64,000 nt of DNA. Source: Eledone cirrhosa (Eukaryota). Within the stretch, counting starts at the first letter, position 1; each line of letters opens with the position of its first letter. Of this stretch, positions 25,256 through 38,800 are shown in pieces. Below the pieces are notes generated by a model. That model saw only the letters and a program-made list of their open reading frames with translations, made no database searches and was not told the DNA's origin. Where the stretch lies: positions 94,860,001-94,924,000 of the forward strand of contig OZ024744.1 of the NCBI GenBank assembly GCA_964016885.1, in the 5' to 3' direction. Made by a program: the position numbers and the translations under genes.

Positions 25256-25791
25256 GAAGACTTCCTTTCTCCCACTCTCTCTATCCTTCCCTGGAATAGA
25301 TACACTGAATTCAGACCTTGAGAGGAGATGAGCTCTGTCGGGTTTTTAAAATGTCCTAGTAACACTGTGGGTTGATATGAGACCCTATAACTCCCCCAGG
25401 AGTTATAGGACCATACACACATACATTACACTCAACTGCCCTTCCTGATGTCAACCCTTTTAGTCACCTCTTATGATACACATGTACATGGTGTATCTAA
25501 TCTAAATATTGGGGGGACACATGTTATCACATACATATGTGCAGATGCCTGGATTTAATGGAGAGGGGAGGGGAGGGGGCACAATTGACCCGGCCTCCCC
25601 TGCACAGGGAGGATCCACCAGCATCGGCTGTAGTAATGTATTTGTGTCCTCTGCTAGGCTTATTAGTTTTAGGATGGTTAGTATGTTTGAATTTGATACC
25701 TGTATGTATAACTTTTTAATTCCAATTACTTGTGCCAAGCTGACTTTGATATGTAAAATTGGGGGGTTTGCTGTGTATTCTAATTTATTTT

Positions 25792-26908
25792 GCACCCAGA
25801 CCACACTGTAAAGTGGTCATGTGAGTGTCACAACAAAATACACCCAGTCCACACTGTAAAGTGGTCATGTAGGTGTCACAACAAAATACACCCAGTCCAC
25901 ACTGTAAAGTGGTCATGTAGGTGACACAACAAAAAACACCCTAATCCACACAGTAAAGTGGTCATGTGGGTGTCACAACAAAAAACACCCAGTCCACACT
26001 GTAAAGTGGTCATGTGGGTGTCACAACAAAAAACACCCATTCCACACTGTAAAGTGGTCATGTGGGTGTCACAACAAAAAACACCCAGACCACACTGTAA
26101 ATTGGTCATGTAGGTGTGAGAAAAAAACACCCAGACCACACTGTAAAGTGGTCATGTAGGTGTCACAACAAAAAAACACCTAGCCCACATTGTAAATTGG
26201 TCATGTGGGTGTGAGAAAAAAAGCACCCAGCCCACACTGTAAAGTGGTCATGTGGGTGTCACAACAAAATACACCCAGCCCACACTGTAAAGTGGTCATG
26301 TAGGTGTCACAACAAAACACCTAGCCTACATTGTAAAGTGGTCATGTGGGTGTCACAACAAAAAACACTCAATCCACACTGTAAAGTGGTCATGTGGGTG
26401 TCACAACAAAAAACACCCAGACCACACTGTAAAGTGGTCATGTGGATGTCACAACAAAAAAACACCCAGCCCACATTGTAAATTGGTCATGTAGGTGTGA
26501 GAAAAAAGCACCCAGCCCACACTGTAAAGTGGTCATGTGGGTGTCACAACAAAATACACCCAGCCCACACTGTAAAGTGGTTATGTAGGTGTCACAACAA
26601 AAAACACCCAGCCCACACTGTAAAGTAGTCATGTGGGTGTGACAACAAAAAACACCCAGACCACACTGTATAGTGGTCATGTGGGTGTCACAACAAAACA
26701 CTTAGCCTACATTGTAAATTGGTCATGTGGGTGTGACAACAAAAAACACCCAGATCACACTGTATAGTGGTCATGTGGGTGTCATGACAAAAAGTATCTA
26801 GCCTACTTTGTAAAGTGGTCATGTAGGTGTCACAACAAAAAACACCCAGACCACACTGTAAAGTGGTCATGTAGGTGCCACGACAAAATACACCCAGTCC
26901 ACACTGTC
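25792..26908. repeat. Tandem array of about 48 bp, about 23 copies, internal to an RTE-tailed SINE
   Basis: Unit CACCCAGTCCACACTGTAAAGTGGTCATGTGGGTGTCACAACAAAAAA; continues into the SINE 3' part (26909-27087) ending in (GAT)n. Confidence 0.9.
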
Positions 26909-27317
26909 AATGTGGTTTGCGTTAGGAAGGGCATCCAGCCATAGAAAAACAGCCAGAGACACCCCTATATGAGCAAGACATGGTCACCTAACCCAACTTG
27001 CTTCTAAGACATGGTCACCTGACCCAACTTGCAGCTAACCCATGCTAGCATGGAAGATAGACGTTAATCAATGATGATGATGATGATCTCTGGCGAAATT
27101 TTATACCTGCAATAATTAATTTTCTTTAGACATTAAAAAAACATTATACATGATGAAAAAAGTACATTACTAGAAATCTCATACGTTATAAAATAAATAG
27201 GATGGGTTGGGGATCTCAATATGTAAACTAAACGACTAATTCTGGTGTTTTAAAAAAAAATCAAGGGAGACAACTAGAAAAATTACCAGCTCCTCCCCTA
27301 TTATTTGGGACCTGAGA

Positions 27318-27356
27318 GTATGATGATGGTGATGATGATGGTGACAATGATGATGA

Positions 27357-27390
<34 letters not shown>

Positions 27391-27546
27391 GATGATGATG
27401 ATGATGATGGTGGTGGTGATGATGATGATGGTAATGAAAATAATGATGATGGTGACGATGATGATGATGATGATGATGGTGGTGATGTTGATGATGATGA
27501 TGTTAGTTATGATGATGATGATAATGTTGATGATGATGTTAATGAA

Positions 27547-27594
<48 letters not shown>

Positions 27595-27870
27595 ATACCA
27601 CAGAGGTACCACAACAGATGATGTTAATGATGATGGTGATGATGATGATGATGATGATGATGGTGACAATGATGATGATGATGATGATGATGATGATATA
27701 CCACAGAGGTACCACAACAGATGATGTTAATGATGATGGTGATGATGATGATGATGATGATGGTGACAATGATGATGATGATGATGATGATGATGATATA
27801 CCACAGAGGTACCACAACAGACATATCACAGAAGAAGAAGGAAGAAGGAAGAAGGAAGAAGGAAGAAGAA
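27318..27870. repeat. (ATG)n/(GAA)n trinucleotide region with a roughly 120-bp block duplication
   Basis: ATACCACAGAGGTACCACAACAGA occurs three times. Confidence 0.9.
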
Positions 27871-27889
27871 CAACAACTGAGGTATGTAC

Positions 27890-28343
27890 CATCATTAGGA
27901 ATTAGTGGAAGGTTCGGAACGGCAGGTATTATCTCCGTGGTGTTTTGGGCAGTAGCTTGCTGTACTTCAAGGTCTCCAGAGGAAAATGAAGATGCCACAT
28001 CGTAATGGGTAACATCACTTGGTGGTTCCATATGGTTTGTTATCGTAAAGTCTGGCGGAGGCGGCATATCGTTATTGTCCTGTCCTGCAGCTCTGATTTC
28101 TTCAGCAGTCAAGTCAGTGGCAGGAGGTATGTCGGGTGCTGGTGGCAGGTCGGGAGTGGAAAGAGTGGCATGAGGAGGAGAAGACATCGATGGCATGTCC
28201 AAACTGCTAGATGGATCGTAAGCATCCATTGATGAGGTTGCAGGCGGCGGAAGTGGCTGCTGCACGGTAGGCTGTTCGCCGTCTTCCATGAAACGGACGT
28301 AACTCTCGGGAATGAAACCAATCTGGCCGTGAGAATCTTTGGC
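27890..28343 (-). CDS. FCHSD2: FCHSD2/Nwk exon: end of SH3a (AKDSHGQIGFIPESYVRF) plus Pro-rich inter-SH3 linker
   Basis: Acceptor ctattctatttcag; GxxPxxYV motif completes SH3a. The donor G|gtacat is weak but gives the phase 1 needed by the next exon; 454 nt. Confidence 0.82.
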
Positions 28344-28391
28344 CTGAAATAGAATAGAATTGAATGAAATCAGAATGGTATGAAAGGATTG

Positions 28392-28393
<2 letters not shown>

Positions 28394-28487
<94 letters not shown>

Positions 28488-28638
28488 GTTTAGAAATAGA
28501 GAGCGGGAGAAAAAGAAGAAAAAAAGGGTCAAGATAAAGTGTGAGAGATAAATAAATATTCAGTGAGAAAGAGAGGGACAGAGAGAGAGAGATAGAGAGA
28601 GAGAGTGAGTGAGAGAGAGAGTGAGAGAGAGAGAGAGA

Positions 28639-28670
<32 letters not shown>
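28394..28670. repeat. (GA)n microsatellite; reads as a (CT)n tract upstream of an exon acceptor on the minus strand
   Basis: Seen directly. Confidence 0.9.
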
Positions 28671-28671
<1 letters not shown>

Positions 28672-29039
28672 TTGACCCCATAATAACTGGGCAAGCAAAT
28701 GCAAATATTCACATGTGTGTGTGTATGTATCTTTAGTCCTCAATATAATAGTAGAAATTTCCTGAATTCTAGTTGTATTCTAGTTGTAATTCTATGAATT
28801 CAAGTTGTAAAATAATTAATACCTAGAATAAGATGAGCCCCTATAAGCTGTCACCCTATATGAAGATCGATTCTTCCAAGGGATATTTGAATAATGCTTT
28901 CAGAAATATGAGTGAATTGTAATTATGAAATAACGAACCCTTCATATGTAAGCATAGAGATAAATTATATTACTTAAAATGCTATCTGACTAGTCATAGG
29001 ATTTTTAATCTTGTGTGCATAACCAATCTTCGGCCATAA

Positions 29040-29247
29040 CACTTTAGCATTTACATTACTCTATATTTACTATTGTATTTTCACGGTAAAGGTTTTATCT
29101 CACATAATATTGAATCTATAAGATTTTAATATCATTTATTTTGAGAACAATACCTTAACATCAGCATGAGTAGCCAGTTACGACCGGTTTTAATAGGAAG
29201 AAGTGAGAGAATTCTGGCAGGATACGGCTGATTTAAATGCTAAAGGG
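29040..29247 (+). mobile_element. piggyBac-like MITE copy (further plus-strand copies or fragments at 32492-32810 and 33056-33168)
   Basis: Homology to the family and a GGG-TTAA end. Confidence 0.75.
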
Positions 29248-29651
29248 TTAATGAAAAACTTTAAATTGATGGTGCCCGCAAGATTAATCTGCTATGATTA
29301 ATTGGATACAATTATGAAACTCTGAGTACCAACAAAAAGATAGATAATACTTAGTTGCCATGCATTTTAGGTAATAAATATCATCATTGTTGTTTTAATG
29401 TCTGTTTTCCCTGCTAACAAGGATACCAACACACAGACACATGTATAAGGGAGGGAGAACTAGAAAGTTGGATGCAAGCATACATACTTATATATGAATA
29501 CATGTACATACATATATAAATATATGCAAAAGTTTTATTTAAAATTGTTGGGATACAACAAGTAAATATTTTATAACTGATATAAAGCACTCGACAAGTT
29601 TTTGGAGTAGATATACGATATTAAATAAATGGAAACTATATTTATAAAACC

Positions 29652-29727
29652 ATATTTATTTCATTATACATATTTCAGGGATACCAAATTAAAATATGGT
29701 ATGCCATCATCAGACAAAATACAATAT
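29652..29727 (-). ncRNA. Minimal type I hammerhead ribozyme motif, second copy, sense to the host pre-mRNA
   Basis: The minus strand reads TATTTTGT CTGATGA TGGCATACCATATTTTAATTTGGTATCCCT GAAA TATGTA TA ATGAAATA. Confidence 0.6.
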
Positions 29728-30522
29728 ATAAACAGTTTTATAAATAATTTTGACGTACCCTATTAGAAGCGACCATTACTTTTGGAAGCTGTCAGCTGAC
29801 AGCTTCCAAAAGTAATTTACAAAATTTTAATATAGAAACCTAAATAATGTGTAAAGTTATATACACATCTATGCAGTTCCAGTTACCTCTATTCTGTATC
29901 ATCTTTTTTATCTTTATACCAAATACTTGATTGTATGGAATATAATTTGAAGTGGAGTCTCACTTAATGTTCAAACAATTTCTTCTCTGACATGAGAGAT
30001 AGAAATATTAAAAAAAAAATATTTTGGGGCTGAGGTGGGGTGGAAAGATAATTTAACCTTATGTTACTATATTTCTATTGAAAGACACTGATTATGATTT
30101 TCAAATCATTTCGAAAATAACCAGGAATTTGGAGGTATTTAGTAATATAACTAGCTTTTTCATTATTATTTAGCTGGTGTTTGGAACATAACAAAGGTTC
30201 TTACATAACAATTATGTCAGAAGGTTTTTAGATGAATATAAACACTTTAAAATAAACAGTCTTGTATCAGAGTCAGGAGCAGTTTCAGGCAGTTTGGTAT
30301 CAAAAGAGTTATTAGCTATATATTGTAAATATTTTGCAGGGTGTTCCAAGTTTATAAATGAAGGCTTCCAAATATCTCATCACAAAGGGATCAATCTTGG
30401 TATCCACTTATATATATCTGTCCCTTTTATATTTCTTGTAACCTCAATCGTTTTATTATATTGTTAACTAAATATATTTTGCCACTAAGGTGACCACTAA
30501 AGTGTTCTTACCAAATGCTTAC

Positions 30523-30771
30523 CTGTACCCAGCCATCGCCATCACCATCTCCTATCACTTCAATATTTTCATTTTCCTCCAGACCAAGCTCATCAGGATT
30601 TGTGGCTTGGAATGTATATAAAGCTTGAGCATATATCGGATATTGTCTGGAGGATGAAGAACTTTGGATAGCTGGGCTCATGGGAACTTGTTCTGTGATT
30701 TCTGCAGTTTCTTCTACATAATCATCATCATCATCATAGTGTGTGTATGTAGGTTCAGGTTCTTCTGTAGG
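30523..30771 (-). CDS. FCHSD2: FCHSD2/Nwk exon: acidic linker plus N-terminal part of SH3a (AQALYTFQATNPDELGLEENENIEVIGDGDGDGWVQ)
   Basis: Donor gtaagc, acceptor gtacacag (an in-frame alternative acceptor lies at 30867), phase 0-0; SH3 ALY..ELxL..GW motif. Confidence 0.88.
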
Positions 30772-31503
30772 CTGTGTACAAATTGGCATGGGAAATTCAG
30801 CAGGCACATCAAACAATTTAATCAGACACATCAAACAAGCATAGAGCATATTGGAAATTGTAATATTCTGGTTACCAACAGAATAGAAAGAAAAAATAAA
30901 TCACTTAAAAGAGTGTAATGCTTTTTAAACAGTCTTAAATCATAGCCAAATCAGAGCAAGATTTTAAAGTCATACAAATGCAAGATGGATAGAAATAGAA
31001 AGGTCATACAATTGTAGATACTAGAAGTCTCTTAATAAAATATAGTCGGGGAAAAATAAAAGTAGTTTAATAAGAGAGTGTTGTAATTTGCTTGAAGCAT
31101 TGTGTAAAGTGTAGAAAATAGTTTTTTTTATAGTTTTTTTAGAAGGCTACAGCAATGCATATAGGACAATAAACTCTTCTTTTGACAAAGAGATTTTATC
31201 CCCAAAATATTAAGAATGAATTTAAATGTCTCCAACAACTTTATTATCATTGTTTTTAACATTTAATGTCTTATTTGCATTTCTGTAGTCCTCTAAAAAG
31301 AAAAACGCTATTATTTTCCCCAATTAGTCCAAGATTTCATCTTTAATAAGTAAAAAACGTAGTGAAAATTTGATTTCTTATTTCTAAATTTTGTAATGTT
31401 AAGTTGCTTTTTATTACTTTTTCTGTTTGGATACTGAAATGGCAATCATCATCACCATTTAATGTCCATTTTTCCATACTTGCATGGGTCAGGCGGAAGA
31501 CAG

Positions 31504-31533
31504 AAAATATGGAACGCTTCATAAATTTGTGTG
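31504..31533 (-). pseudogene. U6 snRNA 3'-end retrocopy fragment fused to an RTE-type 3' tail (31445-31503)
   Basis: Minus strand CACACAAATTTATGAAGCGTTCCATATTTT versus U6 CACGCAAATTCGTGAAGCGTTCCATATTTT (27/30, differences at CpG sites). Confidence 0.8.
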
Positions 31534-32084
31534 AATGTAGTCAGTAAATTATAATAATACTAATATTATTATACTTTATGCTTTTACTTCTTTTTATATC
31601 AGCATTCAGTGAATGACATAAAAAGTTGTAAAATTCAAGACTTGAAGGTATTTGGAAGGATTTGTAGAAAACAATCAAGGAAATGCAAACATTTTAGACG
31701 AAAGGAAACGAAATGAACAGTTTCGAATTCAGGGGAAATTGTAGAGAGGGATTGAAAGATAAAGTAGGAGAAATAAATATGCACAAATATCTGAAGATTC
31801 AAGCCAAAAAAAAAAAAAAAAAAAGTATCCTGTGTATACTAATTGTAGTAATGACCACCATTGATGAGAAGCTAAATAACATTCAAATCATTAGCTTGGC
31901 AGTTTTGTTTTTAGAATTTTCTTTTATCCTTTGACAATTGAAAAAAGACAATTCACTGAAATAATGCAATCAATCAAGTGAGGGATTATTATTATCATTG
32001 TATTTATCATAAAAAGAAGAATTTAATAAACCTTAACTTCACAAATACCTATTATAATTTATTTCTTTTGAACACATTAGAAAT

Positions 32085-32119
<35 letters not shown>

Positions 32120-32183
32120 ATTTTTGATTTCTAATTTTTGATATATTTTTGAGGTGTTTTTATGAAGCCAGTAATAGCGAGTA

Positions 32184-32221
<38 letters not shown>

Positions 32222-32262
32222 CCACAAAGTCTACGATAATGCAATGTTAAATTACTACTTAC

Positions 32263-32375
32263 TCCACTTGAACTTTCAGTTCTTACTGATGCTTGACTAG
32301 GCGTACGGGAAACAACATCAGGTTCTGCAGCAAGGCTGTCTATTTGAGCACTAGTCAGCCATTCATCAACATTGA
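32263..32375 (-). CDS. FCHSD2: FCHSD2/Nwk exon: (I)NVDEWLTSAQIDSLAAEPDVVSRTPSQASVRTESSSG
   Basis: Acceptor tctctctgtaaaag, donor gtaagt, 113 nt, phase 1-0; in frame with the preceding exon. Confidence 0.85.
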
Positions 32376-34529
32376 CTTTTACAGAGAGAAACAAAGGAAA
32401 AAATAAATGTAGAATAGAAATATTAGATGAAAATGTTACTTTAGAATTGCAAATTAAATAAATAAAAGTTTTTCAATACTGTTTTGTTTAACCCTTTAGC
32501 ATTTACATTACTCTATAGTTACTATTGTATTTTCATGGTAAAGGCTTTACCTTACTTAATTATCTCACATAATATCAAATCTATGAGATTTTGATATTAT
32601 TTATTTTGAGAACAATGCCTTAACATCAGTATGAGTAGCTGGTTTCAGCCGGTTTGTACAGAAAGAGGCGAGAGAGTTCTGGCCAGATACAGCCGGTTTA
32701 ACCTTTAGCATTCACATTACTCTATATATACTATTATATTTTCATGGTAAAGGTTTTACCTCACATAATTATCTCCCATAGTATCAAATCTATGAGATAT
32801 TGATATTATGTATGTGTTTATTTATTTATTTATTTACTCCTTACAGTTGGTATTCAAAAAGAGTTAGTGAGATAAGTAATAAAAAAGAAGAAAAAAGAAA
32901 GGAAAAGAAAAAAAACAACAACTAAAAACTAAAATAAAAATAAAAAAAAGAAAAGGGGGGAAAAAATAAAATAACAAAAATAAAATTTCAAATATTGCAG
33001 TCCAATGGGAGGCAGATTATGGATAAGAAAAGGAAAAGAGGAAACAAGGGAAGCTGTATTTTGAGAACAATACCTTAACATCAGTATGAGTGGCCTGTTA
33101 TGGCCAGTTTGAATAGAAAGAAGTGAGAGAATTCTAGCCAGATATGGCAAGGGTTAAATGCTAAAGGGTTAAAGTCTGGCTTTAGCCTGGAGGCTCATTA
33201 GGTCAGTACTTATCCCAGTTTCCCTGGTTTTAATCATCATCATCATCATCATCGCTTAATGTCTATTTTCCAAGAGATTGAGAATACAAGGTTTTCCCCC
33301 TGAACAGGACGCTCTTCATTGCAGGGTTACCTCCAGCTATTACTGGTACTCATTTACAGCTGAGTACACTGAAGCAACTTGAAATGAAGTGTTTTGCTCA
33401 AGAACACAACACACAACCTCGTCATCAGGCTGGTATTTATCGTGGTGTTAATTATCACATCATCATCATCATCATTGTTTAATGTCTATTTTCTAAGCAC
33501 AGTAAACAAGACTCCCCACTGGACAGGATGCCAGTCCATTGCAGGGTTAAACTTCCAGCTATTGCTGGTTCTCATTTTCTGTGCAGCAACATGAAGTGAA
33601 GTGCTTTGCTTAAGATCACAAAACATAACCCAGGCCAGGAATTGAACCCATGACATTATGATTATAAGTCCAACACACTCACCACTAGGCCACACACATC
33701 CACTGAGTATACTGGAGCAACATGAAATGAAGTATTTTGCTTAAGAACACAACACATAACCCTGGCCAGGAATTGAACCCATGACACTATGATCATAAGT
33801 CCAACAATCTTACCACAAGGCCATGTGCTTCCACAATACTGTTTTGGAATGACAACATTTTCAGATTTTTCAAATATATGAAAACACAGTGGTAAACTGC
33901 TTTGACACAGGCTGACCTCTTTGAATTACAGGTACAGGTAATTTTCTTTTTGTCCCTGCTAAGTTTCTTGCTCAAGGACACAATGCACTGCCTGGTCCAA
34001 GAATTCATCTCTCGACCTAATGAGTGTGAGCCAAACAGCTCTAAGCATTAAGCCACAAGCTATGAATTTAAAACACTATCGTTGTTTAATTAATGACCAT
34101 TAATTAAATTAATTACTGTATATACTCGAATATAAGCTGAGGAATATATGACCCCCCCCCCCAAAACAAACAAAAATCAATGGTAGAAGAAGAGGGGGGG
34201 ATCAGATTATATTCAAGGTCAATATTTTGACAATTTTCACCAACTTTTCACCAATTCTACATAGAGGTTTGGATTTTTTTCCAATTTTCAGACATAAAAT
34301 AGTGGGAATAGGTTATATTTGAGTATATATGGTAATTAAAAAGAAAAATAGAGCAGTGACCCTGAGATTGGCTCATTGGAAAACTAAAAATAATTATGGC
34401 ATTGTTCACAAAATGTTTGATATAAAAAAAAAAAATTACAGAATTAATAACTTCCCTAGTTTTTACCAATCTTTAAAAGCATTTAGAAATATTGATTCTT
34501 CAGATATAATTAGATTCTCATAAGGAATG

Positions 34530-35435
34530 ATATCCAGATGTAAAAATCAAGCCAGAATCAGTTGTGTATGAGCAAGACATGGTCACCTGACCCAACTTGT
34601 CTCACAACCAGACAACTTGTCTAACCCACACTAGCATCTATATTTATATAAATGTGGTTGGTGTTAGGAAGGGCATCCAGTTGTAGAAACCAGGGCAGAA
34701 TCAGTTCTGTATGAACAAGAAATGATTATCTGATCTAACTTGTCTCACAACAGGACAACTTGTCTAACCCATGCTAGCATATATATTCATACAAATGTGG
34801 TTGGTATTAGGAAGGACATCCAGTTGTAGAAACCAAGGCAGAATCAGTTCCATATGAGCAAGACATGGTCATCTGATATGGCTTGTCTAACAACAGAACG
34901 ATGCATCTAACCCACACTAGCATAGAAAAATAGACGTTAAACAGTTGATGATGATGATGATGATGATGATGATTGAATGATTGAATATCTTAGCTACTTT
35001 TTTCTGTACTTTAAAACTTAGATTTTATTTTCTTTTCTTTCTTGTTTGTTGATTTGTTGAGGCATTTCTACTGGAAAATTGTTAAGAGGAGATAAAGTCA
35101 GTAATTTGCAGTAAGATGAAGACCTGACTTCCCATAGGTACAAGCTGAAGCTGAAACATATAGACAATATGCCCCCCACCCCATCCTATTGCAAAGTGGT
35201 CGTGGAGGTGTCATGAGAAAAAAAGCACCCAGTCCACACTGTAAAGAAAAAAGCAGCCAGCACTCACTGTAAATGAGGTTGGTGTTAGAAAGGGTATCCT
35301 GCTGTAGAAATCAAGCCAGAATCAGTTCCCGTGTGAGCAAGACAAGATCAGCCGACCGGACACCGCCCACAACAGGACAACCCGTCTAACCAATGCGAGC
35401 GCGGAAGAATGGACGTAAAACGGTGATGATGATGG
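34530..35435 (+). mobile_element. RTE-tailed SINE copies, the first with a triplicated 3' segment
   Basis: GTTAGGAAGGGCATCCAG..GAGCAAGACATGGTCA..CTAACCCATGCTAGCAT..GACGTTAAA(GAT)n. Confidence 0.7.
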
Positions 35436-35805
35436 TGTGGTTAGAATGTCTCAGGAAAGAATCACTGGACAGATTTGTAGCTTGGAGATCAGAGAATCAC
35501 TCCAGTTAGAGCCGCTACTTCTCCAAATTGAGAGACCACAGCTCCGATACTATGGACATGAGGTTAGAATGTCTCAGGAAAGAATAGCTGGACAGATTTT
35601 ACGGGCGAAACCAATCAGCAGGAGACCCAGGGGTAGACACCAAGCAAGATGGTTGGATTACATCCATGAGCTCAGCTGATCACACTTGGGGATTGAGCCA
35701 GATCAGTTGGTGACGGTTGCTTCTGACATGACCCGCTGGAAGGAGTATTTGGGGACTCTGCCCCAATGACCCTCTCAGGAATAAGTGGGTAAAGAAGAAG
35801 AAGAC
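35430..35805 (+). mobile_element. RTE LINE 3' fragment
   Basis: EPLLLQIERPQLRYYGHEVRMSQERIAGQILRAKP; (GAA)n tail. Confidence 0.8.
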
Positions 35806-35874
35806 ATACTGCAACATTTCACAAGACTTGATTTACACTCCAGCATTTGTACTATATTTGTACTATATAGTAAG

Positions 35875-38800
35875 TATTGTGTAGTTCTAAATTTAATACT
35901 GTGTGGTTCTAAATATAATACTGTGAAGTTCTAAATCTAATACTGTGTAGTTCTAAATCTAATATTGTGTAGTTCTAAATCTAATACTGTGTAGTTCTAA
36001 ATCTAATACTGTGTAGTTCTAAATCTAATACTGTGTAGTTCTAAATATAATACTGTGTAGTTCTAAATCTAATACTGTGTAGTTCTAAATCTAATACTGT
36101 GTAGTTCTAAATCTAATACTGTGTAGTTCTAAATCTAATACTGTGTAGTTCTAAATCTAATACTGTGTAGTGCTAAATCTAATACTATGTAGTTCTAAAT
36201 CTAATACTGTGTAGTTCTAAATCTAATACTGTGTAGTTCTAAATCTAATACTGTGTAGTTCTAAATCTAATACTGTGTAGTTCTAAATCTAATATTGTGT
36301 AGTTCTAAATCTAATATTGTGTAGTTCTAAATCTAATACTGTGTAGTTCTAAATCTAATACCGTGTAGTGCTAAATCTAATACTGTGTAGTTCTAAATCT
36401 AATATTGTGTAGTTCTAAATCTAATATTGTGTAGTTCTAAATCTAATACTGTGTAGTTCTAAATCTAATATTGTGTAGTTCTAAATCTAATACTGTGTAG
36501 TTCTAAATCTAATACTGTGTAGTTCTAAATCTAATACTGTGTAGTTCTAAGTCTAATACTGTGTAGTTCTAAGTCTAATACTGTGTAGTTCTAAATCTAA
36601 TATTGTGTAGTTCTAAATCTAATACTGTGTAGTTCTAAATCTAATACTGTGTAGTTCTAAATATAATACTGTGTAGTTCTAAATCTAATACTGTGTAGTT
36701 CTAAATCTAATACTGTGTAGTTCTAAATCTAATACTGTGTAGTTCTAAATATAATACTGTGTAGTTCTAAATCTAATGTTGTGTAGTTCTAAATCTAATA
36801 CTGTGTAGTTCTAAATATAATACTGTGTAGTTCTAAATCTAATACTGTGTAGTTCTAAATCTAATATTGTGTAGTTCTAAATCTAATACTGTGTAGTTCT
36901 AAATCTAATACTGTGTAGTTCTAAATATAATACTGTGTAGTTCTAAATCTAATACTGTGTAGTTCTAAATCTAATATTGTGTAGTTCTAAGTCTAATACT
37001 GTGTAGTTCTAAATCTAATACTGTGTAGTTCTAAATCTAATACTGTGTAGTTCTAAATATAATACTGTGTAGTTCTAAATCTAATACTGTGTAGTTCTAA
37101 ATCTAATACTGTGTAGTTCTAAATCTAATACTGTGTAGTTCTAAATCTAATACTGTGTAGTTCTAAATCTAATATTGTGTAGTTCTAAATCTAATACTGT
37201 GTAGTTCTAAATCTAATACTGTGTAGTTCTAAATCTAATACTGTGTAGTTCTAAATCTAATACTGTGTAGTTCTAAATATAATATTGTGTAGTTCTAAAT
37301 CAAATACTGTGTAGTTCTAAATCTAATACTGTGTAGTTCTAAATCTAATACTGTGTAGTTCTAAATCTAATATTGTGTAGTTCTAAATCTAATACTGTGT
37401 AGTTCTAAATCTAATACTGTGTAGTTCTAAATATAATACTGTGTAGTTCTAAATCTAATACTGTGTAGTTCTAAATCTAATATTGTGTAGTTCTAAATAT
37501 AATACTGTGTAGTTCTAAATCTAATATTGTGTGGTTCTAAATCTAATATTGTGTAGTTCTAAATCTAATACTGTGTAGTTCTAAATCTAATATTGTGTAG
37601 TTCTAAATCTAATACTGTGTAGTTCTAAATCTAATACTGTGTAGTTCTAAATCTAATATTGTGTAGTTCTAAATTTAATACTGTGTAGTTCTAAATCTAA
37701 TACTGTGTAGTTCTAAATCTAATACTGTGTAGTTCTAAATCTAATACTGAGTAGTTCTAAATCTATTACTGTGTAGTTCTAAATCTAATACTGTGTAGTT
37801 CTAAATCTAATACTGTGTAGTTCTAAATCTAATACTGTGTAGTTCTAAATCTAATACTGTGTAGTTCTAAATCTAATACTGTGTAGTTCTAAATCTAATA
37901 CTGTGTAGTTCTAAATCTAATACTGTGTAGTTCTAAATCTAATACTGTGTAGTGCTAAATCTAATACTGTGTAGTGCTAAATCTAATACTGTGTAGTGCT
38001 AAATCTAATACTGAGTAGTGCTAAATCTAATACTGTGTAGTGCTAAATCTAATATTGTGTAGTTCTAAATCTAATACTGTGTAGTTCTAAATCTAATACT
38101 GTGTAGTTCTAAATCTAATACTGTGTAGTTCTAAATCTAATACTGTGTAGTTCTAAATCTAATACTGTGTAGTTCTAAATCTAATACTGTGTAGTGCTAA
38201 ATCTAATACTGTGTAGTGCTAAATCTAATACTGTGTAGTGCTAAATCTAATACTGAGTAGTGCTAAATCTAATACTGTGTAGTGCTAAATCTAATATTGT
38301 GTAGTTCTAAATCTAATACTGTGTAGTTCTAAATCTAATACTGTGTAGTTCTAAATCTAATACTGTGTAGTTCTAAATCTAATATTGTGTAGTTCTAAAT
38401 TTAATACTGTGTAGTTCTAAATCTAATACTGTGTAGTTCTAAATCTAATACTGTGTAGTTCTAAATCTAATACTGTGTAGTTCTAAATCTAACACTGTGT
38501 AGTTCTAAATCTAATATTGTGTAGTTCTAAATCTAATACTGTGTAGTTCTAAATTTAATACTGTGTAGTTCTAAATCTAATACTGTGTAGTTCTAAATCT
38601 AATACTGTGTAGTTCTAAATCTAATACTGTGTAGTTCTAAATCTAATACTGTGTAGTTCTAAATCTAATATTGTGTAATTCTAAATCTAATACTGTGTAG
38701 TTCTAAATCTAATACTGTGTAGTTCTAAATCTAATACTATGTAGTTATAAATCTAATACTGTGTAGTTCTAAATCTAATACTGTGTAGTTCTAAATCTAA

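Noticed and set aside
25384-25409. 11-bp-stem hairpin resembling a terminator
   Set aside because: Eukaryotic intron context, no U-tract, too short to be significant.
25502-25811. Overlapping 100-aa ORFs on both strands
   Set aside because: No recognisable domain or compatible splice sites; probably a repeat fragment.
27301-27905. Poly-M/D/I/H ORFs (also 61239-62014, 63130-63498, 20105-20767, 16561-16925)
   Set aside because: Microsatellite translations with no splice or domain support.
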